Source: Octopus sinensis
Lineage: Eukaryota
Assembly: GCF_006345805.1 (NCBI RefSeq)
Contig: NW_021831922.1
Coordinates: 1-34,158 of the forward strand
DNA length: 34,158 nt
Direction of reading: 5' to 3'
The translations under genes were made by a program, and so were the position numbers. Below the pieces are notes generated by a model. It made no database searches, had not been told where the DNA came from, and was given only the letters and a program-made list of their open reading frames with translations. This document shows positions 22,221 through 33,482 of the stretch, in pieces. Position 1 is the stretch's first letter; every line of letters begins with the position of its first letter.

Positions 22221-22439
22221 TTGTGTGTCTGTGTTTGTCCCCCTAGCATTGCTTGACAACCGATGCTGGTGTGTTTACATCCCCGTAACTTAGCGGTTCG
22301 GCAAAAAAAGAGGCCGATAGAATAAGTACTGGGCTTACAAAGAATAAGTCCCAGGGTCGATTTGCTCGACTAAAGGTGGTGCTCCAGCATGGCCACAGTC
22401 AAATGACTGAAACAAGTAAAAGAGTAAAAAGAGTAAAGA
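22027..22439 (+). mobile_element. Family A SINE, full length, between the two mariner pieces
   Basis: Complete head, body and (AAAGAGT)n tail. Confidence 0.92.
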
Positions 22440-22459
22440 GTGAGAAGATCTCGGTGAAG

Positions 22460-22800
22460 AATTCAGTTCTTCATACTCCACAGATCCGGTCGCTTTCACC
22501 GAATATCGTCCCTCAAACACTTCAAAACATTGTAGTAGAACTCTTAGTCAATGGTCTGGCCCCCAGGGAAGAATTCTCGATGCACAGTACCACATTTTCT
22601 GGGTGACACTTGTGGCAGGTCTTCCAGATCGACCATCATCTTCCAGGAACGTTCTTCCATTTTCAAAGAGCCTCTGACACTCAAAGCATTGCATACGATC
22701 CAATGCCTCATTGCTGTAAGCTTACCAAAGCCTGCTCAATGTCTCCGTAGCTTTGGGGTTCGGCAAAAGAGCCCAAGAGAAACAGGCATCAAGCTTCAAA
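22460..22800 (-). pseudogene. Mariner transposase N-terminal (HTH) remnant
   Basis: Translation ATETLSRLW*AYSNEALDRMQCFECQRLFENGRTFLEDDGRSGRPATS matches the mariner ATET....AYG.E.LS..Q.FEW...F..GR..LEDD.RSGRP segment; stops present. Confidence 0.85.
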
Positions 22801-23109
22801 AACCCATTTGACTAAACCAGGGAGGGGCAATCTTTTACGAAAAGCAGGCCACACAAGACATGACCCATCGTTGGGCAACACGCACCACCAAAAACATCCA
22901 AAGTAAAGTCCTACCGGTCAATATTCGCCAATGACCGCACTACACCCTTGACCTTTCAATGCAGTGCTCCAGCATGACCACAGTCAAACGATTGATTCAA
23001 GTAAACCGTAAAATATAAACATTATGGTGTACAATAAACTATTTTCTTTGACATTCCAAACTGAACTTTACAAACATTTCCTTCACCAAATTCAGTCTTG
23101 TTACAAATT

Positions 23110-23508
23110 CTGGAGTGGCTGTGTGGTAAGTAGCTTGTTTACCAACCACATGATTCCGGGTTCAGTCCCACTGCGTGGCATCTTGGGCAAGTGTCTTCTG
23201 CTATAGCCTCGGGCTGACCAAAGCTTTGTGAGTGGATTTGGTAGACGGAAACTGAAAAGAAGCCCGTCGTATATATGTATATATATATCTATATGTGTGT
23301 TTGTGTGTCTGTGTTTGTCCCTCTAGCATTGCTTGACAACCGATGCTGGTGTGTTTATGTCCCCGTCACTTAGCGGTTCGGCAAAAGAGACCGATAGAAT
23401 AAGTACTGGGCTTACAAAAGAAGAAGTCCCGGGGTCGAGTTGCTGACTAAAGGCGGTGCTCCAGCATGGCCGCAGTCAAATGACTGAAACAAGTAAAAGA
23501 TTAAAGAG
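23110..23508 (+). mobile_element. Family A SINE, full length
   Basis: As above. Confidence 0.92.
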
Positions 23509-23694
23509 AGTTATGCTAGATTTTTTTGTTGTTTTTTTTTGTATTCATTAACATTTTGTTTGTTGCACATTGCATCCATTCTTTGCATGGCTACGTTCGT
23601 TGTTCTGCTGAATGTGTTTGGGTTCGGCATAATGCAACTTTGTTTGAAGCTATTCACCAGAAACCTTTTGAAATCAACAGCTCACTACTTAGCG

Positions 23695-24168
23695 ACATCG
23701 TCATCATTGTCGTCATCATCATTATCATTGTCGTCATTGTCATCATCGCCGCCATCATCGTCATCGTCGTCATCATCATCATTATCATTGTCGTCATCGT
23801 TGACATCATCATCATCATCGTCATCATTGTCATCATCATCATCACCATCATCATCATCGCACTCGTCATCATCACCATCATCATCGTCATCCTCAAGATT
23901 GTCAGCGACATTGACATCATCGTCGTCGTCGCCGTCATCATCGTCATCATCATCACCATCACCATCATCACTATCATCGTCAGCATCATCCTTATCAGCA
24001 ACATTGTCATCATCGTCATTATCATCATAATCATCATCATCATCGTCATCGTCATTACTGTCATCATCATTGTCAATGTTATCGTTATCATCTACATCAT
24101 CATCATTATCATCGTCATCATCATCAGCGGCGGCGTCATCATCAACATCGTCATTATCACCATTACTG

Positions 24169-24199
<31 letters not shown>

Positions 24200-24200
24200 T
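23695..24200. repeat. (ATC/GTC)n trinucleotide field
   Basis: Direct reading; produces poly-D, poly-I and poly-S pseudo-ORFs. Confidence 0.95.
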
Positions 24201-24429
24201 GTTTAACATCTGCCATCCATGCTGTTTGGATGGTTTGACAGAATCAGACAAGTCAGAAGACCATGCGAAGGTCCAATGTCAGTAGTAGCATGGTTTCTAT
24301 GGCTAGATCATCATCATTACCATCATCATCACCACCACCACCATCACCACCAGACCGGGCGATGTGTGAGCGAAACACCTAAGCTCCACGCGGCTCCGGC
24401 AGAAGGTAATGGTGAACTTCTACCAGACA

Positions 24430-25033
24430 GTGGAGGCACATGGCCTAGTGGTTACAGCAGCAGACTCACAGTTGAGGGATCACGGGTTCGAATCTCAGAC
24501 CGGGCAATGTGTGTGTTTATGAGTGAAACACCTAAGCTCCACGCAGCTCCAGCAGAAGGTAATGGCAAAACTTCTGCTGACTCTTTCGCCACAACTTTCT
24601 CTCACTCTTTCTTCCTGCATCTTGCAGCTCACCTGCGACAGACCGGTGTTCTGTCCAGGTGGGGAACCTACAAGCCAAGAAACTGGGAAACCAGCCTTTA
24701 TGAGCCTGGCATGGCCCAAGAAGGAACATTGTGGAGGCACATGGCCTAGTGGTTAGAGCAGCGGACTCGCGGTCGAGGGATTGCGGGTTCGAATCTCAGA
24801 CCGGGAGATGTGTGTGTTTATGAGTGAAACACCTAAGCTCCACGCAGCTCCAGCAGAAGGTAATGGCAAAACTTCTGCTGACTCTTTCGCCACAACTTTC
24901 TCTAACTCTTTCCTCCTGCATCTAGCAGCTCACCTGCGACGGAACGGTGTCCCGTCCAGGTGGGGAACCTATACGCCAAGAAACCAGGAAACTGGCCCTT
25001 ATGAGCCAAGCATGGCTCAAGAAGGTACAAACA
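24430..25033 (+). mobile_element. Tandem dimer of tRNA-derived SINE family C (24430-24730, 24731-25033), with a fragment at 24352-24420
   Basis: Two heads GTGGAGGCACATGGCCTAGTGG with GGTTCGAATC B box, 301 bp apart. Confidence 0.92.
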
Positions 25034-25143
25034 AGTTACTAATATAAGCGTTGTATTTAACCAAGACATGCAAGCAAGACCCATAATACTAGAAGTATCA
25101 CCTGAAACATATGAAATTTAAAATGTGAGTAGTGAGTACTGAC

Positions 25144-25221
25144 CTCATCGATGTAAAATCCTGCTAAGGTCACTCCAAGTTTTCTATTAGGAAGGGTCAG
25201 CGTCCTCATTCGAGTATCCAT
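25144..25221 (-). CDS. ADAMTS/MIG-17-like exon: MDTRMRTLTLPNRKLGVTLAGFYIDE
   Basis: Acceptor gtttgttttcAG, donor gag|GTCAGT; 78 nt, phase 0-0; resembles the helix-then-beta-strand segment of M12B domains. Confidence 0.82.
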
Positions 25222-25318
25222 CTGAAAACAAACATCCAGGAGTCAGCAATTATATAAAAAGAAGCATCTATGGTCATGATGAATATATAGATATATAAAC
25301 ATATGTGGCATGTGTGTG

Positions 25319-25319
<1 letters not shown>

Positions 25320-25376
<57 letters not shown>

Positions 25377-25519
25377 TATATATATATACATACTATACAT
25401 ACTATATATACTATGTATATATACATATATATACTATATATATACTATATATACTATATATATATAATATATATATAACATATATATATACATATATACA
25501 TATATACATATATACATAT

Positions 25520-25567
<48 letters not shown>

Positions 25568-25607
25568 TATATACATATATATATATACATATATACATAT
25601 ATACAAT

Positions 25608-25638
<31 letters not shown>

Positions 25639-25670
25639 ATATATATATATATATTATATATATATATACA
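25320..25670. repeat. (TA)n-rich microsatellite
   Basis: Direct reading. Confidence 0.95.
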
Positions 25671-25671
25671 T

Positions 25672-25895
25672 ACATTTTGCCTTTCAAAATGTGACCTCAT
25701 GTGTACTGTTGACGATTTTTTTTCCTCTGTCTTCCCTTCTCTGGATCTTTCCTTCTCCTATGTTTCCGACGAAGAGCTCTGCTCGAAACGTTAAGCCCTC
25801 CTTCTTTCCTTCTTTCCTGAGCGTCCAATAATACTATATTTGTTCCACGTCCTCGCGTTGTTGTGTTTTTTTGTGTTTTCTTGTTTGGATTAACT
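25672..25895 (+). mobile_element. Penelope-like terminal fragment with hammerhead-like motif
   Basis: CCGACGAAGAGCTCTGCTCGAAACGTT; flanked by (TA)n. Confidence 0.55.
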
Positions 25896-26050
25896 TTGTA
25901 TATATATATGTATATATATATATATGAAAATAGTAATGCAATACGAGAGTATTGCTTTCCAGTAAAGGATAGCCCGTGAGGGTAAAATTATACGTAAAAG
26001 TAAATAAATGGTATTACTGGAAAAAAATCGTTGTACCATTTACTTACTTT

Positions 26051-26089
<39 letters not shown>

Positions 26090-26094
<5 letters not shown>

Positions 26095-26330
26095 CTACAA
26101 CCTTGAACCCACAAGAGTAAACAAGAGAGACAGAGAAAGGCAGAAACAAGGAAAATGCCACTTGTATTTGAACACTATACAAATATTCTTTTAAAAAAAA
26201 ACATTGCTTTTAATTTTTCTAAATTTAATTATTTACTTGTTACAGTTGAAAAAGTCTCAAAGACTGAAACCGGTACTGAAATGTTCTTTATAAAATTATT
26301 TTAGCTTTTTCTATCCTGACTTGTTTTTTC
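26090..26330 (+). mobile_element. Penelope-like terminal fragment with U3:A8 hammerhead-like motif
   Basis: CAG-TTGAAAA-AGTC-TCAAA-GACT-GAAA-CCGG-TA-CTG; flanked by (TA)n. Confidence 0.55.
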
Positions 26331-26514
26331 ATATATATATATATATATAATTTCAGCAAAACAATTTAGATTCAAATGAATATGGTACTTAACTTAAATG
26401 CACCAAGATTACTTGACATATATTTGCTATAATATTTTAAGCTTTAATAAATTGTTATAGTATGAAACAATTGTACTAAATTACCGGATCCATTCTTGTT
26501 GCTAATTTTTTGGT

Positions 26515-26552
<38 letters not shown>

Positions 26553-26831
26553 TATATAAATACAAACTGGGACAAGAACGCATAACATTTAGAAGACGAT
26601 ACAAAAAACACGGACGGGACATTTAAAGCCTTCAATCTTCAGTCAAGAACCGGATCATCCTAGCAATTTCGGCTGATTAATCTTGAGATTATGGTGAATA
26701 TGGTGGGTGGGACATCGCTTTCCCATTCAAACTGCTCCAGCCTTTGGAATGTCATCCTCACTGTATGTGGCCAAGTATTATCCTGATGGAAGGACACCTT
26801 TCGTCTTGAAACCAAAGATGGTCGTTTTTCT

Positions 26832-26869
<38 letters not shown>

Positions 26870-26903
26870 ACAACAGCAGCAGCAGCCAAAAGAGGTTACT
26901 CAC

Positions 26904-26994
26904 TCTATCGACCATCGCAGCATAAAACTCCTGCATTTCTGTAATGGTCTCTTGCTTCCGGTTACCATTCTTTGTGCGCCCTTTGTTAAACCAC
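26904..26994 (-). CDS. ADAMTS/MIG-17-like (M12B) gene, first exon found in window: (x)WFNKGRTKNGNRKQETITEMQEFYAAMVDR
   Basis: Acceptor ttttattctcctgcAG, donor aga|GTGAGT; 91 nt, phase 2 in and phase 0 out; open frame resembling the N-terminal helix region of reprolysin domains; joins next exon in frame. Confidence 0.8.
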
Positions 26995-27282
26995 CTGCAG
27001 GAGAATAAAAGGGATCAATGAGAGAACATACAAGCAGCTAAGCATGATGGGATATCAAAATAAAAATCAAATGTCAAAGAAAAATTGCAAGAGCATCCCC
27101 TAAAAATCATTGAATCCCTTCCTCAGAACACAACCCCCTTGTACCCACTCCCTTTACAGTGGTCACTCAATACATGCCCCCACCTCTGGTTCGAATCCCT
27201 TGTCCACTTCACTTTACACACAAGTCTGTAACTTGAGTGTTTGTCCTGGTCCCCACCATTCACATCATCTCCATCTTTGTTG

Positions 27283-27577
27283 TTGTTCCTTCTCGAGCCA
27301 TGCCATGGCTCATAAGGGCCGGTTTCCCGGTTTCTTGACGAATAGGTTCCCCACCTGGACGGGACGCCAGTCCATCGCAGGTGAGATGTAAGATGCAGGA
27401 AGAGTGAGAGAAAGTTGTGGCGAAAGAGTCACAGAAGTTCGTCATTACCTTCTGTCGGAGCTGCATGGAGCTTAGGTGTTTCACTCATAAACACACACAT
27501 CGTCCGGTCTGAGATTTGAACCCACGATCCCTCGACTGTGAGTCCGCTGCTCTAACCACTAGCCGTTGTGCTTCCAC
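27283..27577 (-). mobile_element. Family C SINE
   Basis: Reverse complement of 24731-25033. Confidence 0.88.
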
Positions 27578-27699
27578 AATCTCCATCTTTCTCATATCAA
27601 TGATGGGATCTTTATTTTTAGAATATATGGTAAGTATGAGATTAGGCCAGTTTGAACATAAAACAGGTGAGATATTTGGGCTGGATTTGGCCAGCTTAA

Positions 27700-27990
27700 A
27701 TGCTGAAATGCTAACTAAAGCAAAGTAAAGAAAACTAGGTAGAACATACACAATGCTTATGAGAGCAGTACTTAACATCAACAGGCAATCCCATACAACA
27801 AACCAGCTTCTTTATGATAATATTCTAAGAGTTGCCTCCTTCACCATAAAGGAAGAAAACTGAGACATTGTGGATGTTACTTTCATAGCAGTGTTTCAAA
27901 TTCTGATGTGGAAACCAAGACACAAAAAGCGACCTAGAGGGTCATCTTGCCTGGACGTTTTTTGGCCAACTGGCTGAAGACTCTGGTCAG
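27700..27990 (+). pseudogene. Decayed RTE/RTE-X-like LINE ORF C-terminal fragment
   Basis: Translation LTKAK*RKLGRTYTMLMRAVLNINRQSHTTNQLLYDNILRV resembles the post-RT segment (LTK...KLDG.YTRMLRA.LN.SW..H.TN..LY) of RTE-type LINEs. Confidence 0.6.
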
Positions 27991-28174
27991 CTGAGAAGCA
28001 ACCTCACCTCCCAAAAGTGATTCAGGTGAAGGAATTTCAGGGACAAGTGATTGATGGTGTTCATCTGTGAATGACAAGACAGACAGGTAGTAGACCGTAC
28101 CAATGTGAAATGAAGAGTCTTGCTCAAGAACACAACACACTGCCCAGTTCGGGATTTGAAACTACGATCATGAT

Positions 28175-28651
28175 ATACGGCATAAGAGTGGCTGTGTGGT
28201 AAGTAGCTTGCTTACGAACCACATGGTTCCGGGGTTCAGTCCACTGCGTGGCACCTTGGGCAAGTGTCTTCTACTATAGCCTCGGGCCGACCAAAGCCTT
28301 GTGAGTGGATTTGGTAGACGGAAACTGAAAGAAGCCCGTCGTATATATGTATGTATATATATTATATATATATATATATAGTATATATATATATATACAT
28401 ATATATATATGTGTGTGTGTGTATGTTTTTGTGTCTGTGTTGTTTGTCCCCCAACATCGGTTGACAACCGATGCTGGTGTGTTTACGTCCCCGTAACTTA
28501 GCGGTTCGGCAAAAGAGACTGATAAATAAGTACTGGGCTTACAAAAGAATAAGTCCCGGGGTCGATTTGATTCGACTAAAGGCGGTGCTCCAGCATGGCC
28601 ACAGTCACATATAACTGAAACAAGTAAAAGAGTAAAAAGAGTAAAAAGAGT
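28175..28651 (+). mobile_element. Family A SINE with expanded internal (TA)n
   Basis: As above. Confidence 0.92.
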
Positions 28652-28949
28652 ACTCATTTACAGTGGACCAGGCTGCAGCAATGTGAAGTGAAGAGTCTTG
28701 CTCAAGGACACAACACAGGAATTGAACCTAGGCACCTACTCTTCATACTTGATCATGTACTTTAATGAGTTTTTAATGCATAATTAGAAAATTCTCGTTT
28801 CATTAATTAAGCTGACAGTAATTTAGGTGTTGTTGTTGTTGTTGTTTATTTTTTGCTATATTTTTTTTCATGGTTGTCATGTGGGGATTGTCTTGTCTTT
28901 AGACATTATTAGATTTTATCAGTGACAGGGTTGCCGCTGCTGCTGCTGC

Positions 28950-29220
28950 TGCTGATGATGATGTGGCTACTGATGATGGTGGTGATTGTTGTGATGATAA
29001 TGATGGTGGTGGTGGTGGTGGTGGTTGTGGTGGTTATGATGATGATGATGATGAACATGATGATAATAGCATGGCAGTAGTGGTGATGATGGTGCTGCTG
29101 CAGACAATGATGGTGATGATGATGATGATGATGATGATGGTGATAGTGATGATGATGATGGTGATGATGATGATGTGATGATGATGATGATGATGATGGT
29201 GATAGTGATGATGATGATGG

Positions 29221-29255
<35 letters not shown>

Positions 29256-29288
29256 GTGATAGTGATGATGATGATGGTGATGATGATG

Positions 29289-29342
<54 letters not shown>

Positions 29343-29512
29343 TTGATGATGACGACGATGATGACAATGATGATGATGATGATGGTGGTGGTGGTGATGA
29401 TGATGAGGATGATGATGATGAGGATGATGATGATGATTATGGTGGTGATGATGAATATGATAATGATGAGATGATGATGATGATAATGATGATGATGATG
29501 ATGATAATGATA

Positions 29513-29547
<35 letters not shown>

Positions 29548-29672
29548 AATGAAATGATGATAATGATGATGATGATGATGATGATGAGATGATGATGATA
29601 TATGATAAGATGATGATGATGATGATGATGAGGATAATGATGATGATGATGATGATGATGATGATAATGATA

Positions 29673-29707
<35 letters not shown>

Positions 29708-29981
29708 AATGATAATGATGATAATGATGATGATGATGATGATAATGATGATGATGATGATGATGATGTGATAATGATATGATGATGATGATGATGATGA
29801 ATGATGATGATGATGATATAATGATAATGATGATGATGATTATGAGATGATGATGATGATAATGATAATGATGATATGATGATTATGATGATGATAATGA
29901 TGATGATGATGATGATGATGATGATAATGATATGATGATGATGAGGATGATGATGATGATGATGAAATGATAATGATGATA

Positions 29982-30025
<44 letters not shown>

Positions 30026-30068
30026 AATGATAATGATGATGATGATGATGATGATGATGATAATGATA

Positions 30069-30106
<38 letters not shown>

Positions 30107-30625
30107 AATGATGATGATGATGATGGTGGTGATGGTGATGACGGCAACTGTGATTGTGATGAGGGTGTGGACTAAGAGTGGAGATGGCGGTGGTAGTGGT
30201 GGTGATGATTAATGATTGATGATAGCAATTATTATGAATGTGAGTGAAATAAAGATCATGATGATGATGCGGGTGGTGGGGTAGGGATGGTATTGTTGGT
30301 GGTGATGATGGTGATGATGCTGATGATTGATGATTGATGACTGATGATAGCGATTATAGCCAATGTGCATGTGATACTGATCATACGATGAACGTAGTGA
30401 TGTTGATGGGGCTGGTCGTGGTGATGAGGATGACGACCACGATGATGATGTGAATGAATACAATGATGTTGATGATGATGATGATGGGGAAGAGGAGGAG
30501 GAAGAAAAGGAGGAAGAGGGTGATGATAATGGTAGAGGTGATGATGATGAGGAGGAGGAGGAGGAAGATGAGGAGGGGAAAGAGGAGAAAAGGGGAAGAG
30601 GGTGATGATAATGGTAGTGGTGGTG

Positions 30626-30656
<31 letters not shown>

Positions 30657-31255
30657 GGAGGAGGAGGAGGAGAAGGAGGAAGAAGAAAAGGAGGAAGAGG
30701 GTGATGATAATGGTAGAGGTGATGATGATGATGATGATGAGGAGGAGGAGGAGGGGAACGAGGAGGAAAAGGGGAAGAGGATGATGATAATGGTAGTGGT
30801 GGTGGTGATGATGATGATGATAGTGATGATGATGGAGAGGAGGAGGAGAAGGAGGAAGAGAAAGAGAAAAGGAGGAGAGGGTGATGATGATATTGGTAGA
30901 CGGTGATGATGATGATGATGATGAGGAGGAGGAGAGGGGAAACGAGAGGAAAAGGGAAAAGAGGATGATGATAATGGTAGGTGGTGGTGATTGATGATGA
31001 TGATGATGATAGTGAGATGATGGGGAGGAGGAGAAGGAGGAAAAAGAAGAAAAGGAGGAAGATGGTGATGATAATGGTAATTGTGATGATGATGGAGATG
31101 ATGATGCTGGAGTTTGTGGTAATGGTGTGATAATGGTGATGATGGTGGTGGTGAAGACGATGTTGGTGTTGATGGTGATAGTGGTGATGGTGTTGATGTT
31201 GAAGATGGTATTGATGATGATGATGATGATGATGATGGTAATGATGGTGAATGAT
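28950..31255. repeat. Very long (GAT)n field grading into (GAT)n/(GAG)n compound repeats
   Basis: Direct reading; 30480-31070 has a repeated unit GAAGAGGGTGATGATAATGGTAG. Confidence 0.96.
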
Positions 31256-31467
31256 AACAGCTTTTACTGTAACAATAGACACGAAACTGATTTTGTCAAT
31301 TTAAAAAAGAAAAGCAAAATACAAAAAATAAAATAAAATAATTGCAAACAAAATACACACAAAACATAATAAATTGGAAACAAATGAATTTAGGTGAGAA
31401 TGGCTGAGAGGAGAGACATGAGGGAGAGGTGGGGTGCAGGAAAATTATGAGTATGTTTATATATATA

Positions 31468-31855
31468 TATAGGCACAGGAGTGGCTGTGTGGTAAGAAGC
31501 TTGCTTACCAACCACATGGTTCTGGGTTCAGTCCCATTGCGTGGCATCTTGGGCAAGTGTCTTCTGCTATAGCCTCGGACCAACCAAAGCCTTGTGAGTG
31601 GATTTGGTAGACGGAAACTGAAAGAAGCCTGTCGTATATATGTATATATATATATGTGTTTGTCGCCCTAGCATTGCTTGACAACCGATGCTGGTGTGTT
31701 TATGTCCCCGTAACTTAGCGGTTCGGCAAAAGAGACCGATAGAATAAGTACTAGGCTTACAAAGAATAAGTCCTGGGGGTCGATTTGCTCGACTAAAGGC
31801 GGTGCTCCAGCATAGCCACAGTCACATGATTGAAACAAGTAAAAAAAAAAAAAAA
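31468..31855 (+). mobile_element. Family A SINE
   Basis: As above. Confidence 0.92.
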
Positions 31856-32610
31856 AGGAAGTAAAGCACTGACTTTCCTTCCTCACATAACTTCCAGAAA
31901 AATGATTATTTTTAAATGAAATTTCCTAAAAATACACTTCAAATGATGTAGATTCTGGTTATATCACATGGAAGAGTTCTGATGTTTATAATGAAACTTT
32001 TTTTTGTTTGCCTTTGCTTTACAATAAACTCTGTCGTGTTATCCTTTTCTTTTTCGGAATTTTTCAAATTGTAAACATAATTTATGAACAGTCATTGTTT
32101 TTGAAAAGCATTAATTTAAAAGCATTAATTAAAAGCATTACGTAAAATTATTATTTCGGAACATTGCTTAAACGGAAACACAATTTCATGACTTTGATTG
32201 TGTAAAGTTTATGACGTTTATAATAAATAATACTACCACAAAAACAAGAAATCAAATCAAAAGTGTGAGCTTGAAGCAGACATTTTTGCATTGGTTGTTT
32301 CACAAAGGTTTTTAAACAAAGACACAGAAAGATAAGAATTCCTTTAAACTTTCATTTCAGATTTCAAAACAATAACCAGAAACAGAATATTTATAAAAAA
32401 AAACAAGAAAACCAAGCGTGGTTTGCCAACTGATGATCGGAAAAACGAGTAACTGTGACTATTGGAAAATCAAAATTTTCAAATATAATGTATGTATTAA
32501 AAAATACTCTTACATATGTATTGAGTTCTGCTGTTTATTGCTTCTGGTGAATCAACAAACATTTATATCTATATCTATATATATATATATACATACAGAT
32601 ATATATATAT

Positions 32611-32642
<32 letters not shown>

Positions 32643-32706
32643 CCGGAGTAACACATAAATGTGAAACAAGGTGGAAAAAGAGTACTCAAATACCAGTGGT
32701 AGAGTA

Positions 32707-32861
32707 ATATGCTTTATTCAAAAGCACAGAAAATTCAACAAAACCTGTAACTCTGAGTTTCACGTTCCGTTCGTCGACAGTTTTTGCTACCGACGACGGG
32801 AACGTGAAACTCAGAGTAACAGGTTTTGTTGAATTTTCTGCTGCTTTTGAATAAAGTATAT
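32707..32861. repeat. Long inverted repeat (arms about 70 bp, 14-nt loop) made of a Penelope-like terminus
   Basis: CTTTATTCAAAAGCA..GAGTTTCACGTTCCGTTCGTCG / CGACGACGGGAACGTGAAACTC..TGCTTTTGAATAAAG. Confidence 0.9.
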
Positions 32862-32866
32862 ATATA

Positions 32867-33380
32867 ATCATCATCATCATCATCGTCGTTTAACGTCCGT
32901 TCTCCATGCTAGCATGGGTTGGACGGTTCGACCGTGGTTCTGGGAAGCCAGAAGGCTGCACCAGGCTCCAGTCTAATTGGGCAATGTTTCTACAGCTGGA
33001 TGCCCTTCCTAACGCCAACCACTCCGTGAGTGTAGTGGGGCTTTTTACGTGCCACCTGCACAGGTGCCAGGCGGGCTGGCAACGGCCACGGTCAGATTGG
33101 TGTATTTTATGTGCCACCGGCACGGAAGCCAGTCGAGGCGGTGCTGCATCGGCCACGAGTCGGATAGTGCTTTTTTCGTACCACCAGACCAGGGAATCCT
33201 GGCTTGTTCAATTCGATTTCGATTTCGCTTGCCCCCACATGTCTTCACAAGCAAAGGGGTTGGCAAGGGTGCTTGTCGTACGGTCGCATTGGAGTATTTT
33301 ACGTGCCACGGCCACGAGTCGGATAGTGCTTTTTACGTACCACCAGACCAGGGATCCTGGCTGGTTCAATTCGATTTCGA
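32867..33380 (-). mobile_element. Family D retroposon copy
   Basis: Same tail and core; internal duplication GCCACGAGTCGGATAGTGCTTTT..ACCACCAGACCAGGG. Confidence 0.82.
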
Positions 33381-33482
33381 TATATATATTATATATATAT
33401 ATATATATATATTGTAAAAACGGTAATATAACAAAAGAAAGAAAGAGACCTCAATATTATGTAAATAGGGGAATTTACTTGA

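Noticed and set aside
25036-25101. tttcAG followed by DTSSIMGLACMSW, reminiscent of the ADAMTS GLA motif
   Set aside because: Wrong phase and wrong position in the domain order; weak donor; likely chance.
26610-26650. Minus-strand CTGAAGA in a probable retroelement terminus
   Set aside because: GAAA core and stems cannot be built in this copy.
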